From: Antedon mediterranea
Lineage: Eukaryota; Animalia; Echinodermata
NCBI RefSeq assembly: GCF_964355755.1
Contig: NC_092680.1
Location: 14,455,045 to 14,519,044, forward strand
DNA: 64,000 bases
Reading direction: 5' to 3'
Shown in pieces: positions 49,208 through 63,803 of the stretch (its first letter is position 1; the number at the start of each line of letters is the position of its first letter). The notes under the pieces are model-generated. The model saw only the letters and a list, made by a program, of their open reading frames with translations. It did not search any database and was not told the DNA's origin. The translations under genes and the position numbers were made by a program.

Positions 49208-52200
49208 GAGCCATTGTCTGTAAAAATCAAAGATTTGGTGGCAGATGTAAAAAAATGGATTTCTCTCAAATTTTTACCATGAATAGACATTTCAATAAAA
49301 AGCATATCTACAACATTCATTTTAATTTTTAGCCTCCGTTGCCATGACAACGGTCAATTATCCAAATTTTGTTGTTTTTGCCATTTTTCACAGATTTTCT
49401 ATAGTGAAAAAGTACAAACTTGTATACTTATTTTAACCAAAAATACTTACATTATACGGTTTTTGTTTATAGCAGTGTAAACAACATGTATTGAGTTCCA
49501 TTTAATGTAGAAAAAAAATAAATTACAAAATGGAGTTTGGTTGATACCATTATTTTAAAAAGGGGTGTTTTTAAAAAATATTTTTTTTATAAAAGTATAC
49601 CTCATAAACGTACCTATAACTTCCAAAGTGGTGTTTTTAAATCAATGAGGTTTTTTAATTTGATAGTCAATAGGTTTTTCAACAATAATCACGAAAAAAA
49701 CACTGGGGTAAATTTCGTACATAGGTTTTGTGTTGCCAGGAAAATACGAAAAATGCAAAAAATATAACAAAATATCAACAAACAAAACACATGAAACACA
49801 ATTTAAATATGGCTAATCCAATAATAAAATGTATATATGGCTCGTCATATTGCTACTAGAGTCATACAAATAGTTTAGATAAAATAGGAGAATGTGTTGC
49901 CAGGTTTATTTCAATTAATTGCCAGAAAAACAGTATTTTGCATTGAAATATTTAGTTGATGGAAAATAATGTTAAACTTGGAAATAATTGAGTCAATGGT
50001 TTTTATAAATTTTTAAATCTATTTTGTGTAAAGAGATACAGAAAGACCTCCCAAAAAATCTGACCTTGTAAATAGGTCATTTGAGGTCAAAAGGGGTCAG
50101 ATTGCAAAACAGGACAGGTCCCCACTTTACTACAACTATTAATGTTTGATCAAAATTTACAAGATAGTTCATAACAATTCTCAACAATTTTCATATTTTA
50201 CCTATAGTGTTACCTTAGCAACCATTTCTATGTGTAACTAAGGAAAGTAATTTTTAAAAAACGTAAAAAATGGCGTTTTTATAAATACAAAGAATTGATT
50301 GCATTTGTACATGTTTCTCAATTTTACTTCTACTGCATTCCATTAATGACAAACTTGACCTTGTAAATTCATTCATTTTGAGGTCAACATTTTACCATAG
50401 TAACTGTTTCTATGCGAAAATTTAAAAAAAATAAGGGGTTTTTCATAAATAAAAAACATTTTTTCTACATAGTTTTACATTTCTACTTTTTGCCAAATTT
50501 ACTTTAAATACTGAATCCTAATAATCTCAGAAAGAAAGTCTTGACGAATCTGAATAAAGGTTAAAAAAATGACCTTTAGTGTTATCTTAAACCTGTTTAC
50601 GTAACAAATGATATTTAAAAAAAAAATTAAATATGGAGTTTCATGAAAAAATAAAAATTTTACATATTGAGGTCAAATGACATCAACATTTTACCTATAG
50701 TGTATTGTAGCAACTGTTTCTATACGTAACTAAGTACAATATTTTTAATATGGGGTTTCATGACTACAAACAATTGATTACATAGCTTTACTACCTTTTC
50801 CCAAATTTACTTATCTACTGAATCCCAGAAAATGTCTGACCTTGTGAAAAAAATTTTTTGGGTCAAGTTATGTCAAAATGTATTATCTATGTTATCTTAG
50901 AACCTGTTTCTATGCGTAACTAAGGATAATTGTTTTGTTAAATACAGTTGAACCTCCCGTAAGTGGCCACCCTCGGGACCTGGAAAAGTGGCCGCTTACG
51001 GGCGGTGACCCATTACGGGAGGTTCTGCCGATAAAGGGCCAAAATCACTTATTATGGCTATATACGATATTCTTAACGAAACGAGCCTCTCAATTTTCCA
51101 GCTAATTGTAGGCATATTATTATTTATAATCAGGTGGTTTAGTATTTTTTAGCATTTTCAGACAAATTTTAAAAACTTTTATCATATGAAAAATGGTCGG
51201 TCAAAATCTGTGTAGTTTTCTCATCTCTTCACAGTAATGTTTTTAAAACCTCTTCAAAATAAAGCTAATATATAAAGAAATACAATAAACATGCACCTCT
51301 AATTCATAGGTCCATGCAATAAGTATCACATTTTTCGATTGGCCGCTTACAAAAAATCTCACTTTTAGTATAAAAAGGTGCTCGCAGCTGCTTACGGTAA
51401 GCACCAAATGCACTAATTAGATAGGAAGAACAAACAGGCTTTTCAAAGTGCGTCCGTTAAGGGAGGTGGCCGCTGTAAATAAAATATGGGGTTTTCATGA
51501 ATAAAAATAATCACAGAAGAAAGTGCTTACGAATATGACCTTGTGAAACGGTAATTTGAAAATGCAAATAAGGCATGCCTGCTAATAATCTACAAATTTA
51601 AATTTGTATGAGATAAATATGCAAAATCTAAAGAATATCTCATTTTTAGTTACCATAGTAACTGTTGCTATGCATAACTAAGGGAAATTAAATAATTATC
51701 AGATAATTATTAATTAATAATTATTACTGAATCCAACCATCACAGTAAAAAAAATATAGAATTTAAAACCAATATTTAATAATAAAGTGTGATATTTTAC
51801 ATGCTGACCTTAAATGAAATGAAATTTCAAATCAGGGCTTCAATATTTGTTATGTAGCATTAACATACCTGAGTATATCATTGACTTTTGATTGGTTCTA
51901 TTTTGGGGAGGGGAAAGTGGTGGATCCAGGACTTTTAAATAGTTAGGTGGTTGAAGGCGAGGGTCTAAAAACTTAACTTTATGTCCTATCTTTTGCATTG
52001 CAATTTTTAACTTGGGGTGGGTGGGGGCTTGGAGAAAAGGGGGAGGTGGTTGGATGGAGGAGTTTGAATCCGTCTATTCATTGGGGCGATAATAGCGGCA
52101 GTGTGGGTGGTGCTTGAATGCATGCATTTGACACTCTATATTGGATGATCGACCAAAGTGTTGCAGTTTATCTTTTTGTGGTTATAGTCGGGGTGGGGGT

Positions 52201-53111
52201 GGGGAGGGGTGGTAGTCGAAAGTGGTGGTGGATGGGCATATGGGATCTGCTTAGGTTAGCAAATAAAAGAAGTAAACAAATGAAAGAGGAGCTTCAAAAT
52301 AAGAGAGGAGTAATCTGTTGCAAAGATTAAAATTCACAACGATCTGATAATTTATTCAAATTTCCAGAGGATATAACCTATAAAATGACATTAAAACTGG
52401 GAATTACAGAATCTATAATTAAAAATTAATTTTTTTTCTCACAACACAACTAGAACTATATAAAACATTAAGAATTTTTCTGACCAATGAGTTTCAAATC
52501 AAATAATCAAAGAAAATAAAATGTTTTTACTAATATACCATGTTTTTTTTTATATAAAAATGCCTATGTTTCTCGCAACACTGCTTGTAGATTTTAAATT
52601 TACCCCAGTATTTTATTTTAGAAATCAATTATTAAACATTAGAACTACCTATTTGTAATAAATAAGCTAAAAAAATACACCACTTTGGGCGTTATGGTGA
52701 AGTAAAGTTTAGTTGCATTGAACAATTTTAAAAAAGTGAAAAACACCCCTTTTTAAATAAATGGTATCTCCCAAAGTATGAAATAAAAAAAAAAAAAAAA
52801 ATTTGAAACAGGTACACAATGCATTGTTATTATGCATACACTAATTATTTTTTATAATTAAATGAACAACACAAAAATATCGCTCATCAAAGTAGTGCCA
52901 ATATCCATTTTAAAAAACCTTAAAAAAGGACAAAATTTGTCAAAAACACAAATTTGGCCGTTGCCATGGAAATATACGTTTGAAATAAAAAATACTTCAT
53001 ATTTGATTTCTCTCAACACATATATAGCCATGTGCAAAATTTGAAAGAAATCCATTTTTTTGAGTCTGCCACTTTTTTTGATATTTCTTTGATTCTTACA
53101 GACAATGGCTC
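49208..53111. mobile_element. 3.9-kb TTAA-flanked non-autonomous element with long degenerate TIRs (Kolobok/piggyBac-like)
   Basis: ttaa|gagccattgtctgtaaaaatcaaaga ... tctttgattcttacagacaatggctc|ttaa; inverted similarity extends several hundred bp (aaaaggggtgtttt, ccaaagtggtg, ggggtaaattt). Confidence 0.85.
50945..51476. mobile_element. Pogo/Tigger-like MITE remnant; a related repeat array lies at about 7320-7650
   Basis: ta|cagttgaacctcccgtaagtggccacc with repeated ggccgcttacgg motifs; ends ggtggccgctg|ta. Confidence 0.6.
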
Positions 53112-54206
53112 TTAAGAACTGTTTCGAACACTGTACTTGTATAATTAGGTGATCATTTAGAATAAAATGATTACCGATTACTGTACCTGTTAATTATTAT
53201 TAGTTATCCGCTACAAGCGGATAACTCTTTGTAATCATCTTGTTTCCTTTTCTATGTTTTTTGGTTATCCACTTGTTGCAGATAACCCTTGTGATTGTCG
53301 GAATCTTTTTTTATCTTAGTGTTTCATTTTGATACCGTCACCATTTTAAAAATGGGAATAAGTTGCGGGTCCCGTAATTTCACCTATTCTACAATGTATA
53401 ATATAAGGTTTTTTATATTTTGCAATTTTTTACGTAAGGTTTGGTATCTTTTTTGCTACTTCTTTACTTACATTGTCGTTTAGATATTTTGCTTTAAGCA
53501 GAGATACTTATTATTTACACATATCGCGGATTCGAACTCGAAACTACTAAACATTAATTTCAATGCCCACGGCGTTTTACTCACTGAGCCAAACCGTGAT
53601 TTACAACATACATTCTGTTCCAAGGATAGGCGTAATTAATTAAAACTTCAACGACGCGATCAGTCGATATACGGTTGGGCTACTGAGAATAAACACCGTT
53701 TTAATTCGGCGGCTCAACATGATGTTTGTAGATCAGGCCATTGCGGTACACAACGGAGACGTTTGTGTAGTTAATACGTGACGTAACAACTCGCGAAACG
53801 TGGTCAAATTACTGTTATTTTTTGCCTTTTGTTAGTGTTTATCCTTAAAATACAGGAAAATAACATAGCCTATCGTGCGCGGTCCATCAATAAACATCAG
53901 TGTGCCAAATGTGAGCACGTACCGTTCAGTGGCTTTGGAGGAGATAAGTAAAATACGCAAACAATTTATTAGCATTATTATATAGATTATCGTAGGAGGA
54001 GATAGGAAAGTGCGAAGCCTCCTCGTATTGTGTGCGGGTATTTTTCAAGATGGACATCCATTAGACAGTGTATTTTACCGAATTTTGCCCTTACGTAAAT
54101 TTATATATAGATATAGAGAAACTTTCCATTGTTTTTCCGTCTAATCCATAGTACCATTGGCTGCATATCCCTGTGTGTCTCAATGCATGAATACATTTGC
54201 ACTTAA

Positions 54207-57004
54207 AGGGGGATTCTGGGTTTAAAATTGCTTTTAAATATCGTTTATTTATTAAATAAAAAATATTATAACAATATAGACATTTCAGAATGAAGAAGTA
54301 ATAACGAGAAATTAAAAAAATTAAATTTCATATACATTTTAGGGTAAATTCATGGAAAGTCTGTTTTTTAGCAGCTTAGGGAAGCTCATTAATATTCATG
54401 AGATATTCACAAAATCACGTCACCAGTGGATTCCAAACTCGCGACGTCATGTACGTTGTGTTTGTCAACTAATTTACATCTCTCTCCCCTGTCAAACGAC
54501 GACCACCATTGTGATCATTGTGAAATACATTTTTTTGTAGATTTTCTAAGCTAGGCCTAAAGTGTAATAATAACAGTAGTAGCATATATTTATTTGACAT
54601 TTAATGAAATACAAAATTTAGTACAGATACGGAGTCATAAATTATACTATTTTTATACCTCTATAGTACAGATCGTATTATCGGCTTCACGTACAATACT
54701 ACTCTAGGCCTAGCCTAATAATAATATGGGCGAGAGCCATTCTGACTAGGGATTCCATGCCACGATGGATATGCTAGTCAAGTCGCCCCATCGCAAAGTC
54801 GCCCCATACAAAGTCGCCCCTTACACAGTCGCCCTATCGAAAAGTCGCCCCAAAACAAAGTCGCCCCGACACAGTCGCCCTATCGCAAAGTCGCCCCATC
54901 GCAAAGTCGCCCCAACGCAAAGTCGCCCCATCACAAAGTCGCCCTATCGCAAAGTCGCCCCAAAACGTTAAAAAATAGTTTACAAGTGCGTAAAATGTTG
55001 CAATGATACACAAAATAACACGGAACGTGTAGGCATAAAAGGGGAAGCCCCGCCATGTAGTCTCGGGTCACACGATCGGCACGCACCCCAATCATCAGAG
55101 AGGAAGCCCCCGACTAATCACTCGGTCGCACTCCGCGGTCGCACGAACGTGCTAGCTTACCAGAGGCAAACCCCCGTAATTACTCCGCCGTTGCCGTTGT
55201 CGCACTCTACAACGCACCATCTGAAGATGGGGAAACCCCGCCGGAGTTTTACGATGATATCAGTCGCGTTCGAAATCGGTCGCGATAAAATGATGTTATA
55301 CGATCTAGATTATTTTTACTTTGGTCGATGAATATTTATTATTATTATTAGGCCTATATTAATAATTGATTTTTGTTTTTATTCTACACATTTATACATT
55401 TATTATATTATCCTAAAAAATGAGCTGGTATCGCGTAGGTTGAAGAAATTGTAATTGTGGCTCTGGTAACTAATTTTAAAATCATATTAAATTAACATTT
55501 TCGAAACTATAAATCAGGGATAATCTTTTTAAAACTTTCAAACAAGGGACTATTTTTTTAATGATTTTTAAAAAGCACATCACTCCATTAAAACCTGTAA
55601 AATACAAATTAAAACACATATTATGTATATAATAGGATAAACATTAATGTATACGACATTTAGCGCGACCAAAGTAACAACGCAATCGATATCAAACGCA
55701 ACCGATATGATTAAAACCGTGGGCGACTTTGCGATGGGGCGACTTTGCGTTGGGGCGACTTTGCGATGGGGCGAATTTGCGATGGGGCGACTTTGTAATG
55801 GGGCGACTTTGAAATGGGGCGACTGTGCCGGGGCGACTTTGTTTTGGGGCGACTTTGCGATGGGGCGACTTTGTATTGGGCGACTTTGTATGGGGCGACT
55901 TTGCGATGGGGCGACTTGACTGGATCCCTTCCTTCCCGCCACGATGGCTACGTTAAAACAATGGGGCCCATGGGCCTAGCTAGCCTACTACTAGACGATT
56001 GGCCTATAAATAACAAAACCATGGAGTAAAGAATAATTCTTTACTCCATGACAAAACCCATCCTATCAACCAAACTCCTAAACAATCTAAACCTAAAACA
56101 TTCTACAAAATCGGCTGTAAATATTGAAGCAAAACAAGGTCCGATCGCCGTCCACACGTATGGTGTCCCGATCGTCTAAGTAGGCCTAAAATAAATAGGT
56201 TTAGTTTACTCTCCAAAAAAGCGGATACTCGCTCATGCATCAAGCAAGTAGACCAGATAGTAGGAAGGAGACCTAGCCGATCCGGCCCAGTTAAAATTTG
56301 AGCTAGCTAGTGAAGTAGACCCTATGCGAATTGATACTACCAGGCCTTTTACTATAGGCTGCACTACACAAATATTCCAACTCTCTCATTCGAGCTATAT
56401 TATCTATACCATTCCGGTAGGTCGAGTCGACCTTCAATCAAATAGTGTACATCATTCATGTTGTGATTATAGACGGGGTATACTCGACCCGACCAGTTTG
56501 GTATTGTTGTATCTGCTTATCACGTGACGATGCCAGGCATGGGCAGCAGAGAGAGCACGTGTATCGTCGTCTCGCTCGATCCTCAGCAGGAATGTACATT
56601 ATACGTTACGCTTCATTGATTTTGATTTTTCCCTAAGTCGGTGCGAAAATCGGCAAACGTAAAGTGCAAACATATCTAATTTTTCACTGTTTTGATGAAT
56701 TTTCATAAAAAATTGACTTTATAAATGGGAAGACCGACTAAAATTACATCAGATAAGTATAATTTTACAAAAGTAATTGATATGGTTTATGATAACGAGT
56801 CGTCGGAAGATGGACCATTTCACGAATTTCCTATTTTGTAACCACAGTGTGATTTTGCCGTAGCTGCACTTGTAATCTGGCCTGATTTCACAGCCTTCGT
56901 TCTGCTTCACTGGGCGCTTATATAAATTGAAACTTTTACCGTTCAAGAGACAAACAAATATATTTTACATTTTTTACTATTCATTTTAAACCCGGAACCC
57001 CCCT
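54207..57004. mobile_element. TTAA-flanked non-autonomous TIR element (Kolobok-like) hosting the foldback
   Basis: ttaa|agggggattctgggtttaaaa ... ttttaaacccggaacccccct|ttaa. Confidence 0.8.
54767..55936. mobile_element. Mutator-like foldback element with (AAAGTCGCCCCA..)n TIR arrays
   Basis: Inverted ~17-bp arrays at 54777-54965 and 55720-55920; flanking direct repeat gccacgat (8 bp exact, 9 bp with one mismatch). Confidence 0.85.
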
Positions 57005-59348
57005 TTAATTTTAATCTAATTCTACCCCTGCATCATACAGGTACAACATTTGAGACATTGACGACGGGGTTGAAACTATTCTGATAGCAATCTTCCAGCA
57101 TTTCCATTCATTTATCTACACGCTTATCGTAAGCTTTCTAGTAGTTGTTGGTACTTCCACTGTAAACCACAAGTGAATCAGTAGTTCAATCTAAAAAACA
57201 ACGTCATACAACCAGACGTGTGTCGAATTATTATTTTAAATGTCTGTAATCATAAGGAATTCGTTTAGTCTATTATGTAAGTAACTTATTTTTTTCTGTC
57301 TGTATTTGTTTAAATACACATTTTCTGGTCGTTTTGATTTCGAGACATCATTGAAAAAGCTAAGATAAACAAACGAATGTGGAAGGAAAACACGGATTCA
57401 ATCCTTCCGAAATTAAATATGACGGAATTTGATACAATAACACAAACAGGAAGTAATCATTCTTCCTAATGGACTTGTTTTTGACAAAAGTCAAATTATA
57501 TCGTACTTGTACCACTTCTACTATTGAGTTGTCCACCATGATCATAGTGTAGGCTGGAATGTCATTTATATAAATGTCAATAAAAAAAAATACATTTTAA
57601 GGACCAAATTCAAGATGGCCGTCAACATTCAAATAAAATCAGAATATCACAAATAACACAAATTATGAATGTGAAACAAGTCCCGGTTTGAATGTATTAT
57701 CCATTATACAATCTTAACTATGTTATATCAATCTGTCAGTCATCTTGGATTTCAAAAAGGCCGTGTTAATAACAAATTTAACCCATTTAAAAAAAATGGC
57801 GGCCATTTTTAAATTCAAAATATATACATAACATAACAAACATAAATAATGTACGGCACGGCATTGTTATACTAACCGTTTTATATGATGTCACAACTAC
57901 CTTATGACGTCATAATTACGTCATATGGTAATTTAAATATACTAATTGGGAAGTTTAATGTCACATTTATATCTACTCGTAATGCACTTAGGTGGTCTAA
58001 AACAACCATTGAGGAAGATACGGGACTTCAAAATGTTAAATGGCGGCTCTTTTGAATTTATGCAAATTAACCCACTTCCCGATGTCCGATTTCGGTAAAC
58101 TTTGGATATGTTTATTTGGACCATATCAACTAGACGAAAACATTCTGTTGAATCTAACATATTAAAACAAATTCCTCTTCATCCCTCAACGCTGAATATG
58201 AATAAAAATAAAATAAATAAATAAAAAATGTTAAGAAATGAATATTTTAAGAAATTAATTTGCTATAAATATGATTATGTTAGGAAACGATGTTGATATA
58301 ATGAATGTGTTAAAAAGAAAGAAATAAATATGCCAAGAAAAAAATATGCTAAAAAACTAATACGCTAAGGAGTGAATGTGTTTAAAATGTTTAAGAAATG
58401 AATATGTTAGGTTATATGAATATTATGAAACGTCATTATGAAATGAATATATTTTAGTAATAAAAGAAAAAAAACCCCATTAAATTAGGGTCTAAATTGT
58501 TTTAATATTATAATTTATCAGACCTTAAAATAAAAGTGTACAAAAAATGTGTTGACCGTTCTAGATTAGTTGGTGTTGATTTTTATTTAGGGCCTACTAC
58601 ATTAAGCTGTTGTTGTTTCTACATTATCTGGATGTTTTACTACATTAGCGGTGGATTGTTCTACATTAACGTTTGTTTGTTTGTAACAGTGTTCATTTGA
58701 TAATAGTGAAATTCCAGGACCCATTTAGTGTGACCACAGTGTATTGAAACACGAGTTAATGCTAGTTCTTCTGTTTTCAAATTGCTCATTGTGTGGTTTT
58801 TAGCGGACATGGAATGTGAGCATTTCAAACATTCATTGAAATGTCCTCAATCTCTCTCTCTAACATGCACATCTTTCTTGAGGCTACAATGTTCCCAGTT
58901 AAAATAATAATTTAAGTGAACTGAAGCATAATATAATGAACAGACAGACTCACAGTAGACATAGACATTGGACTTGCTGTTGTTGTTGTAAACCTTCTAG
59001 ACATTTGGCCAGGTTATAAGTATTACATCCGCCATCGCATACGCTGTCTCATAAATACCAGATGAACCGGTTATTCCAAACAGAAGCAAATGCAGCAGCA
59101 ACACAACGATCGAACACAAGAGTTTGAAGCAGCAGCGCACACAATTCTACATGGTATACATTTGTTTCCACTTATTGTTATTTTGATAACATTCAATCAA
59201 GTGTCTCCTGACACAAACTGTTCGACGGAAGAGTATTAATAGTTATAATAAAGAGTCCTGTAACGCAATTATTAGGTTGTTGTTTTCTTGGCAAAGGCCT
59301 GTTGACGAGAAACACTTACTTGGAAAAGCTCTGATCCAGCAAAAAGTA

Positions 59349-62300
59349 ATGGCAATTGCGAAACTTAGTCTTTGGCTTATTTCTGCATTATCAAGTAAGT
59401 GCTTTATGGTTATTAGCGTCAATATTAATATCTTTTGCAAAAATTCCTTAATAAGGCTTTAAAAATATTCCATACCATAAATTGAATGTCTTCTAGCCTA
59501 TGTCTTCGTATTCATTCGAAGAACAAGGTATTGTATTTGGAGTTTCCATATTATCTTTATTATTTATATGTATTTTTAAATCATTGTAAATGTTTTTTTT
59601 TATAGGCATAATTTTTAAAAACATTACTAAATGCAATACGTTTAGCCCTTGGCTGTATTGTGTATATGTTATACCCTAATAAAAATTATGTTGATTATAA
59701 ATTGCTTCTTTTAAAAAATGGCATGCAATAATACAAATAATAAATCATAATGAATCAGTTAATTTATGACGTCATTGTGTTGTTTATTTTTAGGTACTAT
59801 TAAACAATTTTCTTTCGTCTGTTTACTTTTATTTGCTTAGTTACTACAATTAAAGCGCAGAACTGTACTTTTGATGATATGATTTATCCCCTCTGTGAAT
59901 GGACAGTAGAAGGTTGGAAGGTGAATCACACGCAATCAAAGGTACCAAATTCTAACGGCACAAATGCAATAGGTAAAAAACGCGTCCATATTATATTGAT
60001 CACACTTTATACCGGTACTTATTCCGTAAACGATTATCATGTTGTCAGATTTGTCAGGTTTACGCGCGCGTTTATTTACCGTAGTATATCATTATTTAAA
60101 CGCACGCAATAACGAACGCAATAAATAAATCAATCCTGTGTCTTTTTATTAATGTCGCTCTGTGAAATAAATTCAGCACTTATAAACTATTCTTATATTT
60201 CAAGTTTGTGTGTAATAATTTTACCAAATTCGGTTGAGAAGTATAAATATACCATTGTTCCTCAACATATTTACTGCATTTCTCATTAATCATGAGTTAG
60301 TTATAATCATAATATTAATTTATGAATTATCGATTCTACTATTGACATTTCTTATGCCTATTATTGTGTAATCACGGAGGTTGATTTTGATAAATTTTTA
60401 ATCCGATGGTCAAACTTATGGTCTATTATTAAATTTGAATTAATTTGTATTAATGTGTTCATTTTAATCCTTTGATGATTAAGTAACATTATTTATCTTA
60501 ATATACTATTTTAGTTTTTATTTTATGTCTTTAGGCGCACACATGTGGCCAAGAATTACCAATAGTAAACAATCACTGTCCTACCAGATAGGCCTAGATG
60601 GTAATCCCCTTGATATAGGAGCTATTTTGTGAACCTTTTCACTCCGGGGTAACCTCGTACTCGTCGTTTAGAATGATAAACTTGGTTCTTGAAGTGCACA
60701 CGGGTTATAATTGTGTACACTGGACCTACATTTTGTAGTCCAAAAAGTTTTCAATTTAGCGATTTCTTCCAAGGAACACTGTATCCATACTCTTTGAGCG
60801 AAGTGGATATCAAGAATGAAGTTCGGAATATCCGGGCTATTAAAAATATATATAGGCCTATTTAGGGCATAATTAGGCCTACTTAATTTTGGCTGTTTTT
60901 TTTTCAGTGGGAAACTTTATATATGTTGATTCAGGAAACAGTGCAACCACTACAAGCCCATTCTTAACCACTACTGCTGTTATTGTAAGTATTCAGGGTT
61001 GATAACACCCTGACATTAGGCTCTGTCTAACTATCACACCTTATATGACAACAAAATATGATGTACTCATATGGACTAGTATCACTACCATATTTGGGCA
61101 TATCACCCCCTTTTTTTTAACAAACTAGTCTGATAGTGTAAACAGAGCTTTAGACAAATAATAGCTGCAAATTGATTATTATATCTATTGTGTTAATATA
61201 CGTATTTCATAGGAAATTATTTAATAATTATGTTTTTGCCTCTAACCGGAAACCTTAGATTGTGTTAGCTAATTAATTGATTCCAGTTCCGGTAACTTAA
61301 TTCCCAATTAAACTCAGTATAGCCTTAATAATTTTATTAATAATCTATTTTCGGGTTATGATAAAATAAATTACATATGTTACATAATAATTTAAAATGA
61401 AAGAAAAAACGACCTCTCTTTACAAATAGAGTCCTACACGGCCTAAACGACTCGTTGTTAATTCTGGTTACAAAAATAACAGAAGTCCTCCGACGAAAGC
61501 AATTGGGAAACAATTTTGGCAAATTCTAGCCACGTGCTTGTTAAGCCACTCTACTATAAGCCTATAATGATAAAATACATTACTTTCATTTTGAAGGATT
61601 TTAAGTTGTGGTACTATATGCACGGTTCTCAGAATATAACTTTGAATGTTTACATACAAGATGCTGATAGCATGGAACTTGTATTCACCGTCACCGGGGA
61701 TAAGGGTAACAGATGGAATGAAGCATCGATAAGTGTTCAAAATCCATTGAATCGTCGTGTAAGTTTGCATATATATTGACGTAAGGGCATCATTTGGTAA
61801 ATCACGCGTAACTTCTGAAATGTTTACACGATGGTATATAAAGTTGGTACATACTGTCGATACTGATTTTTAACACAAAATGAAAACCATACAACTAATT
61901 AGGTTTAGTTAGATAATTAGTTATTGACTATTATAACGAATTTAGGTTCAATGATTTGCCCCAAATAGGGGTGTTTTCAGATCGTGGTATACACTGTCTA
62001 ATAGATGTCGATGCTGAAAAATACCCGCACACAAGAATACGAGGGTGCTTTGAATTTACCTATCTCCTTCTACGATAATTGTATTAAATAGCTGAAAACC
62101 GATTGAACAGCTCGAGTACAGTATCATAATGTTAAAGGCCGATTTTCTTTAAAACAATACTATTTTAATAGATTTAATATACGTTTATACAAAATGTTTT
62201 GATTTGCGATGAATGGAACATTCCAATCTCATTTCTCCCAGCATAATTATTTAGTTTACACAAGTAGGTAAATGTATGGGCCTTTGGGGGATAAACTTAA

Positions 62301-63803
62301 AACCTTTAGATATAGTATTGCATTAATTTGACAATACTGATAATACGTATTACCCATTTTTGAATGTGGGTACTGTTTAGATATATAAACACATATACAA
62401 ATAAACGTTATTACTGCGAGTATGTCTACTGTTAGATATATAAACACAACACACAGCTTCTCAACGTTTGTATTAATTACTGATTACAAAAAAATATCGT
62501 TATTGTATCGTTACATGTACCTTACTATTTCAATATACTATGACAGTGACAGTTTTAACAAAGTATTAAATCGCAAATGTTTTTTTTTATTTTTGTTTTT
62601 TATTTATTTCCAAACCCAACCACCAGCAAAATAAATTCGCCAATAACAGGAGGGTAAACACAAAACGGATACAAATACATGAATACTGTATTCATTGGTA
62701 TAATTATTATTTATAGGCCTAAAAAACATGAACAAAATATTTCGTTACTGAGTGGATAAAGAATATATTTAAAAATTGTTCCTCTTTGTACCCATCCTCT
62801 TCCCCATCTCTCAACCCTAATGTTACATACAGAACACAAATTGAGTTTGTTTATTATAAAAAATGTGGACTTATTTTGTGACAAGTTTCTTTTTATGAAT
62901 TCCCAGTAGTAGTTAACTACATAAATCATCGTGTCTATGTATTCGTTTCTGTAAATACGTTTCTGCGGTACGTACATTTGAAATCGCAAGTTTTTTTACG
63001 CTGAAATGACTGTGTATTCGAGAACCATCTGTGGACACGACCATCTAGTATTCAATAATTATAGTTAGCGTCTTATCTTAAAACATTAACGATTCAATTA
63101 TCTATTGTATCTTTTATAACTGTATCATTCAATTTCAGATTGTCGTTGAGGGACAGGTAAATAGTTTTGCTGGTATTATTGGACTTGATGATTTTATAAT
63201 TTCTAACACTAGTAAGTATTTTTCATAACGTAATATTAAACAAAATCTAATTCCTTTTGTTTTGTTTTTAGCTATGATTAAATAGTGTAGGCCTACTGTT
63301 ACGTAACAAGCGTAATATGTATTTATCAAAATACAAATTAAAATTTGAATAGTTGACAAAATAGTGATGCCACTTAAAATGATCTGGCTTATCTAATAAT
63401 AGCTACTGTATGGGTAGCTTTACTTCCAGTAAATGTAACTGCTGTGTGTGTAATCAATCCTGACAGTGACTTATTTATTGAGGGTGATATAGCATAATAA
63501 CATAACATCAGCCTTTATGTTATATCAATTAAACTTTTTTCAAAGAACTCGATTGCTGAAATTTCGCTGCTTTCTAAACTGTATTTTAGGGTGAAAGTTC
63601 AGTTAAAAATCTAATAAACACAAACAATAATTTATTTGTAGGTTCTAAAAACGACGGATCATGTGACTTCGAAGAAGGCGACATTTGTAATTATAGACAG
63701 GTACTCGCTGATGATTTTGACTGGGTAAGACAAACAGGGAAAACGCCTACGAATGGAACAGGCCCACCCTCTGGTCATACTGCCAACAATTCTACTTTTG
63801 GAG
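59349..63803 (+). CDS. MAM-domain protein, 5' part (signal peptide + MAM1 + start of MAM2), continuing beyond the window. Exons 59349-59394, 59841-59972, 60908-60984, 61597-61758, 63139-63211, 63642-63803
   Basis: NCTFDD...LCEW, GNFIYVDS, LWYYMHG, GDKGNRWNEASI, IVVEG...IGLDDF, then SCDFEEGDICNY...DFDWVR.TGKTP..GTGP. Junctions are in frame. Confidence 0.88.
61770..63048 (+). mobile_element. Second copy of the Helitron-like element, in a MAM gene intron
   Basis: Long co-linear similarity to 29245-29660 and 32085-33335; ends ccatctag|t. Short 5'-end fragments also occur at about 38342 (+) and 54070-54111 (-). Confidence 0.8.

Noticed and set aside
53520-53595. tRNA-like A/B-box sequence on the minus strand, also at about 44890-44955
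   Set aside because: No complete cloverleaf could be folded; likely SINE or Helitron-captured remnants.
54765-56029. Repetitive ORFs (KSPHRKVAP / GRLC..GATL)
   Set aside because: Translations of the 17-bp TIR arrays of a foldback element.
58680-59000. Possible RTE-type LINE 3' fragment on the minus strand
   Set aside because: Too decayed to support without an alignment.
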